Shown: positions 19,187 to 29,487, counted from the first letter of the stretch. The stretch: 49,928 nt of DNA from Candidatus Moanibacter sp. (GCA_965215885.1 CBDCEW010000068.1:1-49928), one strand, 5' to 3'. The notes: generated by a model not told the origin, from the letters alone. Made by a program: numbers and translations.

Positions 19187-20068
19187 TCATTTACCCCAGA
19201 CCGAGAGAATGACGAGGCCAATCGTTATGATTCCGACGGCTAACCAGCGATGAATAGGAACCTTTTCCCTTAGGAACGCTGCCGCCATTATTACGCCAAT
19301 TACAATGCTGAATTGCCTACATGCCACTACGTAACCCGCTCGGATGGTCAACTGATAAGCCCAGAGGACTAACCAGTATGCACCGAAGTTCAGAGCCGCG
19401 CCTGCCAAGACAGGGAAAAATCCGATTTTGATATTGTTCCGTCTCAGCAGACCTTTCCCCGTAACAAGCAGGTAGACGAATATTCCGACTGCAAAGAAAA
19501 AATAACAATAAACTGCCGCAGCTTTCGGCCCGGCGACGATGAGCTCCGCGGCGACATTGTCCAAGATGGAATATCCCGTGGTGCCCAGAGCAGCACCCAA
19601 AAGAGCAATCGTTGAGGGGCCGAGTAAAGTGGAGAAAAGAAAAGGCGTTTCACGCCTTAGAGCCACGACAAGGCAACCGATCACAACAACAATCATCCCA
19701 ATCCACCCGAGGAATGAAGGCGGCCGATGAAAAAAGATGTCAGATATTCCAACCAGGACTACAGGAATTGCTCGCGCGATTGGATAAGCCACATTCAGTT
19801 CCTCCCGTGTGTATGCCTTGCTCAAGGCTATGAAGTAGACTCCACAGCAGAAACCGGAACCCGCCAGCAGAATCCATGCTTCCCGCGGAATCATCGCGTT
19901 TCGCGCTTCATACCAAATCGCAGGTACTGCGCCAACCGTTAGAATCGTAAGGAGCGAATAGGAGAAATAGGCAGTTGTGGCCTCTCCTCCTCCTCGCCGT
20001 GCTAACGCATTCCAACCCGCATGCATAACCGAGGATAGGAGGATCAAGAATAACGGAAACAGATTCAT
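19187..20068 (-). CDS. EamA/DMT family transporter
   Basis: MHAGWNAL, AYPIAR, YVVACRQFSIV; ~10 TM segments. Confidence 0.88.
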   Translation of the reverse strand: MNLFPLFLILLSSVMHAGWNALARRGGGEATTAYFSYSLLTILTVGAVPAIWYEARNAMIPREAWILLAGSGFCCGVYFIALSKAYTREELNVAYPIARAIPVVLVGISDIFFHRPPSFLGWIGMIVVVIGCLVVALRRETPFLFSTLLGPSTIALLGAALGTTGYSILDNVAAELIVAGPKAAAVYCYFFFAVGIFVYLLVTGKGLLRRNNIKIGFFPVLAGAALNFGAYWLVLWAYQLTIRAGYVVACRQFSIVIGVIMAAAFLREKVPIHRWLAVGIITIGLVILSVWGK

Positions 20069-20269
20069 GCAATCACCGACTCCCCTCCCCTATAGATTAG
20101 GAGCCTGGCCTTGGCCAATAGAATCCTTGAAGTAGACCCTCCACCTCTGTTCTACTGACTGGAGCGGGGCGGAAGCGTTTCGAAGATCGTGCGGCCGAAC
20201 TCAGCTACTTTGAACCGCCCCCAGTCCGAATGTAGATTGAAGGTTCAAGTCGGTGTCCTTCACTATCAT

Positions 20270-20951
20270 TCACTCGAGCAGCTTCCGGAAATTATCGAAA
20301 TCCTCTCTTAATTGGTCGAGGGCCGCATTCTGTTCAGCCAGCTCTTCTTTCAAGCTGACCACTTGGCCCGCCAGGTCCGGTGAGTCGGCGATTGGTGCGA
20401 CGCGATGTTCGGTAAACGGCATCTCTGTTTCCGTGTCCCCCTCCTCTTCGGCAGGCCCCGAAAGGAGATGGGTGTAGCGCCTTTCTTTTTGACCGGGCTG
20501 CCTGGGGAGGATCGCCACCAGCGGATCGGGTGTGAAGTCGTCCAGACTGGCGATCGCTCTCTCCACCTCGTCGAGGTCATTGAATGAGTAGATACGCTCG
20601 CTTCGGGTGCGAATCTCGCCGAGAGTCTGCGGCCCGCGCAGAAGGTAAGACCGTAAGGATCGCCATTTCCGCACGCTCGAGTGGAAACTGGCTGGTGAAA
20701 GAATGTCGGAATTTTGGCACTCGCGAGCCCGCGACGTCGACCCGAAGGGCGAGATGCTTCTCCCTCAGTTCACTAATCGAATTGAGAACGGTGTCTTCAT
20801 CAAAGGAAAGCACCGGATCGCGATTGCTCTTCTGGTTGCATGCAGCCATCAGGCTGTTGAGGGTGAGAGGATAGTAATCGGGAGTCGTCATCTCTTTTTC
20901 GAGCAGACAACCCTGCACACGCGCCTCGCAGAAAGACAGTTTCCAATCCAT
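20270..20951 (-). CDS. yceH: YceH/DUF480 (UPF0502) family protein, one frameshift near 20640
   Basis: [38 protein letters not shown] in one frame continues as [17 protein letters not shown]...[12 protein letters not shown] in another. Confidence 0.85.
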
Positions 20952-20960
20952 TTGCCCGGC

Positions 20961-21965
20961 TCAAGCGCAATCCAGGTGATCCTCTTTCCAGCGACCGAAC
21001 GACACTTCATTCTGACCACCCTGGTTGAGTTTCGACATGCGCTCGCGCGTCTCGAGCCAGTTCCGTGTCCAGACCCCGGCATCGCGGAGCTCTCTCTCAG
21101 GTTGCTTTCGACTACGGGCGACAAACCCGGGGAAAGCCTCCCGTCCGGTAGGCTGACCGATCGGATGGTAGCGCAGATCGAAGCTCCAGCGGATCTTATC
21201 GCTTACATTGGGAAACGAACCGTGGACGATGTGGCGGTGGAAAAAGATAACGTCACCGCGCTGGACCGGCAGGGCGTGTGTTTCTTCCACGGGAAAAAGC
21301 TTCTCGGGAATCTGGTTTGCACCAGCCATGGCGGGACCATTGCCGTGATACCGCGGGCAGTGGGTGAGGAGTTTTTCCTTGTGGCTACGGGGAATGATTT
21401 TAAGAGGGCCCTGCTCGACTGTCGTGTCGTGCAACGAAAACCATACGGTGAGCATCTCAGTGTCATCGGCTTCATCGACAACGACACCGTTATCCTGATG
21501 CCAAGGCGTAGCCCCCAGGATCGGATTCCCGAATTCGTTCTCAGGGAGGATGGATTCAGGCGGCTTGATGCGAACATGCTGGACGGGATTGGAATAGATC
21601 TCCGGACCGATGAGCGACTCGACCGCGTCCAGGAGGCCCTTGTCGGTAAAAAGATTGAGCACGGCCTGGCCGCTCCAGAAGGGGGTGTCCGGCCCTACGT
21701 CCTGGAACGGCAGTGAAAAGTCGAAGTACTGCTTGTGGACTTCGCCGGTTGCTTTGCAGACTTGAATAAAGCGCTCACCGAATTCCAGACCTTCGAAGCG
21801 GTCCGAGAATTTACCCTGGTCAATAAGGTCGTCGATCAGCCTCTCCAGGACCCCTTCATACTCCTCTATCGCCGCGTCGAGAACCGATTCATCAATCACT
21901 TTCTCGATAACGACATAGCCCTCTTCGTTGAAATGCGCAATTTCTTCGCTTGTAAGGTAAGCCAT
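20961..21965 (-). CDS. PhyH family dioxygenase (paralog of 11426..12418)
   Basis: PEIYSNPVQHVRIKPPE, TPWHQD, MLTVW, RWSFDLRY, QPTGREAFPGFVARSR. GGAGG RBS before ATG 21965. Confidence 0.92.
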   Translation of the reverse strand: MAYLTSEEIAHFNEEGYVVIEKVIDESVLDAAIEEYEGVLERLIDDLIDQGKFSDRFEGLEFGERFIQVCKATGEVHKQYFDFSLPFQDVGPDTPFWSGQAVLNLFTDKGLLDAVESLIGPEIYSNPVQHVRIKPPESILPENEFGNPILGATPWHQDNGVVVDEADDTEMLTVWFSLHDTTVEQGPLKIIPRSHKEKLLTHCPRYHGNGPAMAGANQIPEKLFPVEETHALPVQRGDVIFFHRHIVHGSFPNVSDKIRWSFDLRYHPIGQPTGREAFPGFVARSRKQPERELRDAGVWTRNWLETRERMSKLNQGGQNEVSFGRWKEDHLDCA

Positions 21966-22113
21966 AACTTCCCTCCTCCAGGTATGCTGCAAGTTGTCTA
22001 CTGCACGCTCGAACCTTTAGTACTCGAATACTTAGTGACTAATGGGACAGGATGAGAGAGCGAACCAGCAATTCGCACTAATGATCGGAAACATTCCCTC
22101 GATTGTCGGAGCC

Positions 22114-22218
22114 TTAGTCCCCGAAGGTATGGAAGTCTTTGCCCCTAAGGTCGATGGATATCCCGAAGGCATCGATCCGGGAGGAGGAGGAGAGACTTCG
22201 GCCTTCTCCAACGCCCAT
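22114..22218 (-). CDS. Putative 34-aa small protein downstream of the csp gene
   Basis: Perfect SD AAGGAGGTGA just before ATG. Encodes MGVGEGRSLSSSSRIDAFGISIDLRGKDFHTFGD. No recognisable motif. Confidence 0.3.
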   Translation of the reverse strand: MGVGEGRSLSSSSRIDAFGISIDLRGKDFHTFGD

Positions 22219-22255
22219 TTTCACCTCCTTTTATTCGCTCATGTGAGTGATACAA

Positions 22256-22459
22256 TCAACTTGGCACAACGTCTTTTGCACATGGGCCCTTCCGGCCCTC
22301 TCCGACTTCATATTCTACTTTCTGGCCATCTTCGAGCGTTACATAGCCGGTGGTCTTGACCTCAGAATGGTGCACGAACAAATCTTTCCCTCCATCGTCT
22401 GGAGTGATGAACCCGTAACCTCTTTCTGAATTGAACCACTTTACCGTACCCGTACTCAT
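22256..22459 (-). CDS. cspA: Cold-shock protein (CspA family)
   Basis: GTVKWFN, RNP1 RGYGFI, RNP2 LFVHHS, 67 aa. Long AT-rich upstream region. Confidence 0.95.
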   Translation of the reverse strand: MSTGTVKWFNSERGYGFITPDDGGKDLFVHHSEVKTTGYVTLEDGQKVEYEVGEGRKGPCAKDVVPS

Positions 22460-22828
22460 AACTTACTTTCCCTTGTTAGGTTAATATTAATCTTATTGCA
22501 GTATTCTGCGCTTCTAAAGTCTTTAATAGCAATTGCAAAGTGCCGAATTTCGGAATTGCTAATCATTTTTCTGCACATTGAAGGGACTTTTTCAAAAGTC
22601 TCAACGTCAAATGTCAGGCAAGACGCATGGCAACTTTGCCCGCACCTGCTTTGTAAAAACTGACAGCTCCTTTTTGCCTTCATACCCGGATATGTCAAAT
22701 GATACTGAAATTGTCGAATAAACTGACAAGAAAACTCTCTTGCATATCAAACTAAGAAAGAGGAGCAGCACTTTGCGATTCACCGAGGAAGATAAATAGA
22801 CAGGTTGTACTATTCGGCATTGTTACGA

Positions 22829-22885
22829 CTAGCCCGAACGTTTCACAAATCTTCTGCTACGAAGTGTGTGAAATGTCCGGGCTAG
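22829..22885. mobile_element. 57-bp miniature copy of CTAG-CCCGG MITE overlapping the MFS gene 3' end
   Basis: CTAGCCCGAACGTTTCACAAAT...GTGTGTGAAATGTCCGGGCTAG. The right end is identical to 11295..11316. Confidence 0.8.
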
Positions 22886-24125
22886 AATCAAGCGAGGAGA
22901 GCTTTCTAAGACGGCGCAGGGAGGGGAAAAATCCTGCCCAGGTGGCCACTACGACGAGCGTTCCGATCCCTCCACTCACTACGGAGATCACCGGATTGAA
23001 CGCCTGGGCCACGACCCCGGACTCGAAACCGCCCAACTCATTGGAAGAACCCACGAAGATCGAATTCACGGCGGACACTCGTCCACGCATTTGGTTGGGA
23101 GTCGCAAGCTGCACGATGACTTGACGTATGACCATGCTTACGTTGTCGAAGGCTCCTACGAAGGATAACATGAGGAGAGAGAACCAGAAATTGCGTGAAA
23201 GCCCAAAGGCGATGGTGGCCACCCCGAACCCGGCCACGCAGCACAGGAGCACACTTCCAGAACGCCTGATCGGGGGCAAATGGGCGATCAGAATTGCCAT
23301 CGAGAAAGCTCCCACGGCAGGAGCGGCGCGCAGCCACCCCAGGACCTCTTCCGGTTCGAGGGAGAGTTGGCCCAATTCGATGATCTCCTTCGCGAAAATC
23401 GGAAGCAAGTAGACAGCACCACCGAAAAGGACGGCAAAGAGATCGAGTGATATGGCTCCAAGGATCAATTTCCGCTGCCAGACGAAGCGCACACCCTCGA
23501 GAACATGGCCGAGCATGTCGCCCCGTTCAATGCGGGGGGCGGGCGGCAGCCGGACGGTCGATAGGATGGCGACGAACGCGGCCGACGACAATGCACTGAC
23601 TACGTAGGCCGCCTGAAGGTTCATGCTGATGAGGAAGCCACCGAGGGCGGGACCGCCAATACTCGTAATATGCATGGCGCTGGTGCGCCATTTAACCGCA
23701 TTCTCAAAAAGCCTTTCCGGTACCAACAACGGCAAGATGGCGGATGCAGCTGGCCAGCCCATGCGGAGTGATGCGGAGTCGAGCAGGAGGAGCAGATAGA
23801 CCCACGCAATCGGGGCCTGATACCAGCTGACGATTGCCAGGCCGATAGAAGTCAATGTAGCTCCGGCGTAGCTGAGCATCATCAGTTTCCGCCGATCGAA
23901 TACATCGGCCATATACCCCGCAGGAAGAGTTAGCACAAACATGGGTATGGCCTGAACAAGCCCGACCATGCCGAGGGAAAGCGCCTGATTAGTCCGGTCG
24001 TAGATCTCCCATCCAACGGCGAGGCCCTGCGCCGCGGTGCCGATGCCAACGAGTGATCTAAGGATTAGAAAACGACGAAAGAACGTAATGCGCAACGCGC
24101 CATAGGGATCGTGGGAATTACTCAA
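22857..24125 (-). CDS. MFS transporter (EntS/MFS_3-like)
   Basis: AVGWEIY, LGMVGLVQAIP, ADVFDRRK, SLDLFAVLFGGA, MRGRVSAVNSIFVGSSNELGGFESG. Confidence 0.92.
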   Translation of the reverse strand: MSNSHDPYGALRITFFRRFLILRSLVGIGTAAQGLAVGWEIYDRTNQALSLGMVGLVQAIPMFVLTLPAGYMADVFDRRKLMMLSYAGATLTSIGLAIVSWYQAPIAWVYLLLLLDSASLRMGWPAASAILPLLVPERLFENAVKWRTSAMHITSIGGPALGGFLISMNLQAAYVVSALSSAAFVAILSTVRLPPAPRIERGDMLGHVLEGVRFVWQRKLILGAISLDLFAVLFGGAVYLLPIFAKEIIELGQLSLEPEEVLGWLRAAPAVGAFSMAILIAHLPPIRRSGSVLLCCVAGFGVATIAFGLSRNFWFSLLMLSFVGAFDNVSMVIRQVIVQLATPNQMRGRVSAVNSIFVGSSNELGGFESGVVAQAFNPVISVVSGGIGTLVVVATWAGFFPSLRRLRKLSSLDSSPDISHTS

Positions 24126-24149
24126 TAACGTAGTTCTCTGGGAAAAGAC

Positions 24150-24220
24150 CCGGCTCTTCGACTATAATCTTTCGATCCCGCTCAGCGGGATCAGGGCCCC
24201 GAGCAAAGTCGAGGGGCTTA
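24150..24220. repeat. Palindromic dispersed repeat (CTTCGAC..GCTCAGGGC family)
   Basis: GATCCCGCTCAGCGGGATC hairpin (related at ~2676..2695) plus GGGCCCCGAGCAAAGTCGAGGGGC. Related motifs at ~2550, 7318, 16850, 42330 and 43370. Confidence 0.6.
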
Positions 24221-24388
24221 CGACGAAGGTCCAGGAGATCGGCTAGATTGATCTCGACCAAGCTTACGCCAAAAAGAGAAGATCGTGGCCGAGTCGGTAA
24301 TGCCTGGGGTGGATATCTACTTGAAGACGAGTATCACTGGGATGATCATGAAAAGGTAGTGACCTGCAATAAGTATACTCGTACCCTC

Positions 24389-24782
24389 GTGGCTCGTCCC
24401 AACATCCTCTGGTATTGTACCGACCAACAGCGATTCGACACGATCGGCGCGTTAGGTAATCCGCATGTCTTGACACCTGCGATCGACAGGCTTGTCGGAG
24501 AAGGTGTTGCTTTTGAACATCAATGTTTACGACCCACATCCGCCTTTCATCCCGCCCGCCGCCTACGCTCGAAAATTCGCTCCCGAGGATATGCCGGGAC
24601 CGTATTTCAGACCTTCCGACCTCGGAGAACTCTACGATTTGCAGAAGGATCCCTGGGAGTTCAACAACCTCTGGGATGATCCGGGCCACGACGCGATTAA
24701 GCATCAGCTCATTCTGGAGAGTTTCAATGCCCACGTTGTTCTTACCACCGATGTCGGTTCGAAGCGGATCGCGCCTATGTGA
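24389..24782 (+). pseudogene. Internally deleted sulfatase remnant
   Basis: N-terminal (RPNILWYCTDQQRFDTIGALGNPHV..GVAF), middle (NVYDPHPPF...FRPSD) and C-terminal (GELYDLQKDPWEFNNLW...KRIAPM) sulfatase blocks joined directly. Catalytic CxPxR absent. Confidence 0.88.
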
Positions 24783-24789
24783 AGAGGAA

Positions 24790-24880
24790 GGGAGTAATGG
24801 GGGAATGGAATGTTGGAATATTGGAGTGATGGAATGTTGGGGATTAGGTCGAAAGTCTCAAAGTCAAAAGTCAAAGAGTT
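24790..24880. repeat. Degenerate octamer (TGGARTRT) and heptamer (AAAGTC-like) tandem repeats
   Basis: GGAATGTTGGAATATTGGAGTGATGGAATGTTGG then GTCGAAAGTCTCAAAGTCAAAAGTCAAAG. Similar runs at ~42085..42135, 45060..45090 and 45245..45280. Confidence 0.6.
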
Positions 24881-27569
24881 ACACGGAATTAAGACCCGCC
24901 GAAATCTTGAAGACGTAGAATAGCTGACATTTTCAACCATCTCCGCCGAGGAGCCATTCGACGTCCTCTTTATCCAGTTTCAAACCGGCCTCGCCTTCGC
25001 CGTCAAGAATGGCATTGGCGATTTCTTCCTTGTGCTGCTGGAGTTGTAGGATCTTGGATTCGATTGTGTTCTCGGCGATCATTTTGTAGACGAAGACCGG
25101 CTTCGACTGTCCTATGCGATGGGCACGGTCGGTGGCCTGATTTTCGACGGCGGGATTCCACCACGGATCGTAGTGGATGACGATGTCCGCTTCGGGAAGA
25201 TTGAGGCCAAGACCACCGGCCTTCAAGCTGATGAGAAACAGAGGAATGGACGGGTCATGATTAAACCGCTTAACCAGGTCGCCGCGATTGCGGCTCTTTC
25301 CCGTAAGTATCAAGTGGGGGATTTTCTTTCGATCGAGTTCAGTCTGGAAGAGGGCGAGCATGGAGGTGAACTGCGAATAGAGGAGAATACGGTGTCCATT
25401 GGCCACCAAGTCATCAATCAGAGCAAGGGCCGCACTCAGTTTTCCGGAGGCCCGCACGCCGTTTTCGGAGTCCACATCTTTTGTGTACAGGCGCGGATCG
25501 CAGCAGATCTGGCGGAGCTTCAGAAGGGCATCGAGAACGATCAAATATGAACGCTTCAGCCCAAACTCTTCCAGTCGCTTACGAATATGTCGCTGCCGCT
25601 GGAGGCGCACAGCTTCGTAGAGCTCCAATTGCGTCTCGCTCAATTCGATGCTGTGCACCATGACAGTTTTTGGGGGAAGCTCCTTGGCCACATCTTCTTT
25701 CAATCGCCGGAGAATGAAAGGCGCCAACCGTCTCCGCAGACGACGGGAAAGCTCGAGTGTTGTTGGATCGGATTGATCGCCGACCGTCGCGCCAAAGCGC
25801 CGGGTGAAGGAGGAAGCATCACCAAGGAATCCGGGCATGAGAAACTGGAAAATGGACCAAAGATCGCCCACCGTATTCTCAATCGGGGTGCCGGTGAGAG
25901 CCAGCCTGCGCACGCTGCGCAACCGGTAAATCGCTCTTGTGGTCTTGGCCTTTCGATTTCGGATGAATTGCGCTTCGTCGAGCACCACGCAGCTCCACTC
26001 ACGGTCGCCAAGTCTGTCGATATCCTGCCGAATCAAACCGTAGGTGGTGATGATGAGATGATATTCTCCCACCGTGTCGTAATGCGCGCGCTGGCCATAG
26101 CCATGCAAAATGAGCGTCTTCAGATCCGCGGCAAAACGGCGGGCTTCCTCTTGCCAGTTGTCCAGCAAACTGGCGGGACATACGACGAGAGCCCCCATAT
26201 CCAGATCGCCTTCTTCTCTAAGGCGCTGGAGATATGCGAGGGTCTGGATCGTTTTGCCCAAGCCCATGTCATCGGCCAGAATGCCATTAACCCTGTAAGC
26301 GTCCAGAAAGCGCAGCCACCCAAGTCCTCGTTTTTGATATCCACGAAGTTTTCCCCGGAACTGGGCGGAAGGCTTAGCCGGCTCAAATTCATAACCGTCT
26401 CGAAGGAATTCTACAAGATTCTTGAATTCTGGAGAATGCTTTGGTGGGCTCACGCCCCATTCCGTGTCAGCGGCAATTTCGGCTGCGCGCCAACCTCCAA
26501 TACGCACGCCGTCGGAGTCGACCTCGGCGCCACGCTCGGTCAGTTCGATAAGATGTTTCAGAATATGGGCGATGCGTTCGCCCGGAAGGGTAGTGAAAAC
26601 AGGCTCACCCGCGATTGGGACGAGATAGGTACGGAGACGCACGATCGCCAGGGTTTCGGTCAGGGAAGAGGCATTCAAATCGACGAGGAGGCGCTGGATG
26701 AGGGGAAGGATGGAAACGCGCTTCCCACGGTGCAGAAAACCAGAATCGAAGGAAAACCAGTCTCGGTCCTGCTTTTCCAGACTGGAGAACCACTCCCCTT
26801 CCCTCTTAACCATGACTGGAACATGTGGCGGAAGGACAATCGACCAACCTGCTTTTTCCAAATTGGGGAAATGGTTTGCCAGGACTTCGTGCCAGCTCGC
26901 TTTTTCGTGTGCAGGCAGATGAAACTCAGACCCAAATAGATCCAGCATCTGCTCGCGGGCGGAAGATCCGTATTCGACAAAGCCGATCTGCCTAACGCGC
27001 TCCAGCGCATCCTCTTCCCACGATTCGTCCCGGTCGTATCGGACGACAATGTCTCCCTCCCGATAGGAGACGCGCCTTTTTCTGTCGCGCCACTCGACCT
27101 CGCGTTTGCCGTATCGGAACTTCACCTTGAGATGGAACTGTTCGTTGAGGTCGATTCCACTCCCATCCCACGCGATATTGGGGTCGAATTGCGTCAATAC
27201 GGTGATCATCACTTGCCTGTTCCCGTCTGGAGAGGAATCCTCCAGCTTCACGCTTTCGGGAATGGGAAAGTCGACGTTGGCAAATTGGTTGAACAGTCTC
27301 ACACAAAAGAGGCAGGTCTCCCTGTGGTCGAGTACTCCCGCCTTCACCCAGGCATAAGCGAGACCCTCAGGCACATCGGTGACTACTTTACCGCATTGGT
27401 GCTTTCCTTCGTCCAGATACGTGACCGGCTGCGTGGCGAGGCTGGTTATACCGGACGCCAGTTCCAGAATCGGACGATAGTGGGTCCCTTCAATGGTTTC
27501 CCAGGAAAGCGCTGCCTGTCTCTTCTCCCTGTTCCAATGCAACCGGCGCCAAATCCCGTGCTTTAGATA

Positions 27570-29487
27570 GACCCCATTCGAAAAGCCTTTCGAGCGGACG
27601 GTTTCAGGTTTTCCGCCACAGGCGGACCAGCCTATGGCTGGCAGGCGTCGGGTTTCAGGCTGCCGACGCTGCCGATGAGCAGGTATTGAGCGGCCATCGG
27701 CGTGGCTTGCTGCACAATACGCATATTTGCCGCTGTTTGGAGGCATACTCATCCCGTGGTGCTTTTTTCTCCGAGCTGCAAAGCGGTCAGATTCAGGCCG
27801 CCTGTTCCAGTTCCTCCCGTCGTCGTTTCTTCATCAGTATGATGCGGCAGAAGTTGTAGGCCAGAACCTTCTCGAGCAGTTCATCGCCTACCGCATCGAT
27901 GCCGCGGCGGCCGAGTTCGCCAAAGGCAAATCCATCTTTAATCGTGAACATCAGCGACTCCACTGCGGAGCGATTGCGGCGTGCCTCGCGATACGCCTCG
28001 CTCTCCCGGTCCTCGGGGGTGGTCAACTTCTTGCCCTTCGCCCCACTGATACTGATCTGCTTTACCCCCATGCCCAGCACCTCCTTGCGCCCCTTCGCCG
28101 AAGCATATCCGTCATCGGTGCTGATCAGTTCAGCAATGACACCGGTGCGCTTGATCGAATCGCCGATGGCCGGCGCCAGCTCAATGGAGTCTGCCGCATT
28201 GCCTTGCGGTACGATCAGGCTGGTGACAAAACCGTTTTCGCTGCGAACCAGTTGTGGCTTGTACCCGATCACTGGATTGCGGCTGCCCTTCTTGATGTAG
28301 GCCGCCGATCCGTCCGACAGGCTCAGGACCTTCTGCGTGGACGGTAGCTTCTTTTCGTGAAACACCCGATCATGAGCATACTCAACAACCCGCTTGGCGT
28401 CGGCAATATCGCGCCTGATCTGGCTCAATACCCGCTTCAGAAGCTCCCGGCGAGTGGGAGGCAGTGAATCCATCGACAGGCCCTCTTCAAGATGGCTCAG
28501 TTCCCCCGTTAGTGAGTCGGCCGCCTTGCGGCCCCGCTTGAGCAACCGCCGGTAGTGTTTCTTCAGCTTGCCCTTCGACTTCGGTTTGCCCGCGGCCAGA
28601 CAAATCTGAAACTCCAGCTTGTCCATCTCCTGCAGCCAACGCCCAACCCATCCCTTGCGAAAATCCTCCAGCCCGAATATATGCAACTTCTGACCCAAAC
28701 GATTGGCCCGCATCAAAAGACCGGTCAGAATCCTCCCATCGGTGGGCCAGCAGCTGTTTGCTTTCACCGAGGTGCTGTCGATCGTCAGCTTCCCGAAATC
28801 GTCCCATTGCTCCTGGAGGATAAACCCAATCTGTTTATCAAAGATCAGCTCGCGGGTCCTATGGCTGACCAGGTTCACGTTCTCCAGAATCGTCGTCACC
28901 GCCGGCATCCTCAGTCCCCGCCTCTGAAGAAATCCGTACAAGCTCATCGACTCGCGCAGAAACCGCCGTGCCGGTTTCGTGGTCAACGAACCGAGAAACC
29001 CACGAATCATCACGAACACGTATACCGCATAAGCCGGCATCCGCGGCCGGCCTACCGCAAGATTCAATTCAGCAGCCAGAATATTCTCCTCCTCGATGTC
29101 CAGCTCCGGCAGCTCCGCTGTGCGCCCTTCAAAGAACCTTCGATCTTCCAATCGAAGTTTCTTCTTCTCACGCGCATGGGCGTCCAGATCCTTCTCGATC
29201 GCCTCGATGATTTGCGCCGCGAACCCGGCCAATTCTTCAACTTCATCCAGAAAATCACGAAAATCCGTGTCTGGAACCGGCAGAATGAGGTTGCTAAGGG
29301 GCGTCTTGTCGCTTTTGTTCTCCTCTGTCGCACATGTTGGCATGTTTAACTCATTTCTTAATCTTAAGTTGTTAAACACTAGTATGTTACGACACTTTTT
29401 ATCAAGCCGAAAAACTGATTTTTCTCAAGTTTTTCTTGCGCCTTTTGCGCCTCTTTGCGGCCAATCAGTAGCTTTTCGGATAAGGTC
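27570..29487 (-). mobile_element. DDE insertion sequence copy 2 (1918 bp; IS5/ISNCY-like, family uncertain)
   Basis: TIRs GACCCCATTCGAAAAGC / GCTTTTCGGATAAGGTC. 6-bp TSD TAGATA at 27564..27569 and 29488..29493. Confidence 0.93.
27793..29379 (-). CDS. DDE transposase
   Basis: IDSTSVKAN..PTD, STDDGY, RSAVES catalytic-type motifs. Start may be the later MPTC ATG. Confidence 0.9.
   Translation of the reverse strand: MFNNLRLRNELNMPTCATEENKSDKTPLSNLILPVPDTDFRDFLDEVEELAGFAAQIIEAIEKDLDAHAREKKKLRLEDRRFFEGRTAELPELDIEEENILAAELNLAVGRPRMPAYAVYVFVMIRGFLGSLTTKPARRFLRESMSLYGFLQRRGLRMPAVTTILENVNLVSHRTRELIFDKQIGFILQEQWDDFGKLTIDSTSVKANSCWPTDGRILTGLLMRANRLGQKLHIFGLEDFRKGWVGRWLQEMDKLEFQICLAAGKPKSKGKLKKHYRRLLKRGRKAADSLTGELSHLEEGLSMDSLPPTRRELLKRVLSQIRRDIADAKRVVEYAHDRVFHEKKLPSTQKVLSLSDGSAAYIKKGSRNPVIGYKPQLVRSENGFVTSLIVPQGNAADSIELAPAIGDSIKRTGVIAELISTDDGYASAKGRKEVLGMGVKQISISGAKGKKLTTPEDRESEAYREARRNRSAVESLMFTIKDGFAFGELGRRGIDAVGDELLEKVLAYNFCRIILMKKRRREELEQAA

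Noticed and set aside
20150..20235. Integron attC site
   Set aside because: Lacks RYYYAAC/GTTRRRY core sites, and no integrase or cassette array is present.
22219..22232. 16S rRNA 3' end (TCACCTCCTTT)
   Set aside because: No flanking rRNA similarity; better read as a Shine-Dalgarno on the minus strand.
24790..24880. CRISPR array or other regularly spaced repeat array
   Set aside because: Only short degenerate 7-8-bp tandem repeats are present, with no constant 23-47-bp repeat-spacer units and no cas genes in the window.
25587..26939. Long antisense ORFs (450 aa here; also 20703..21716, 28555..29349, 36412..37260, 49147..49893)
   Set aside because: They are shadows of well-supported genes on the opposite strand and carry no recognisable motifs.
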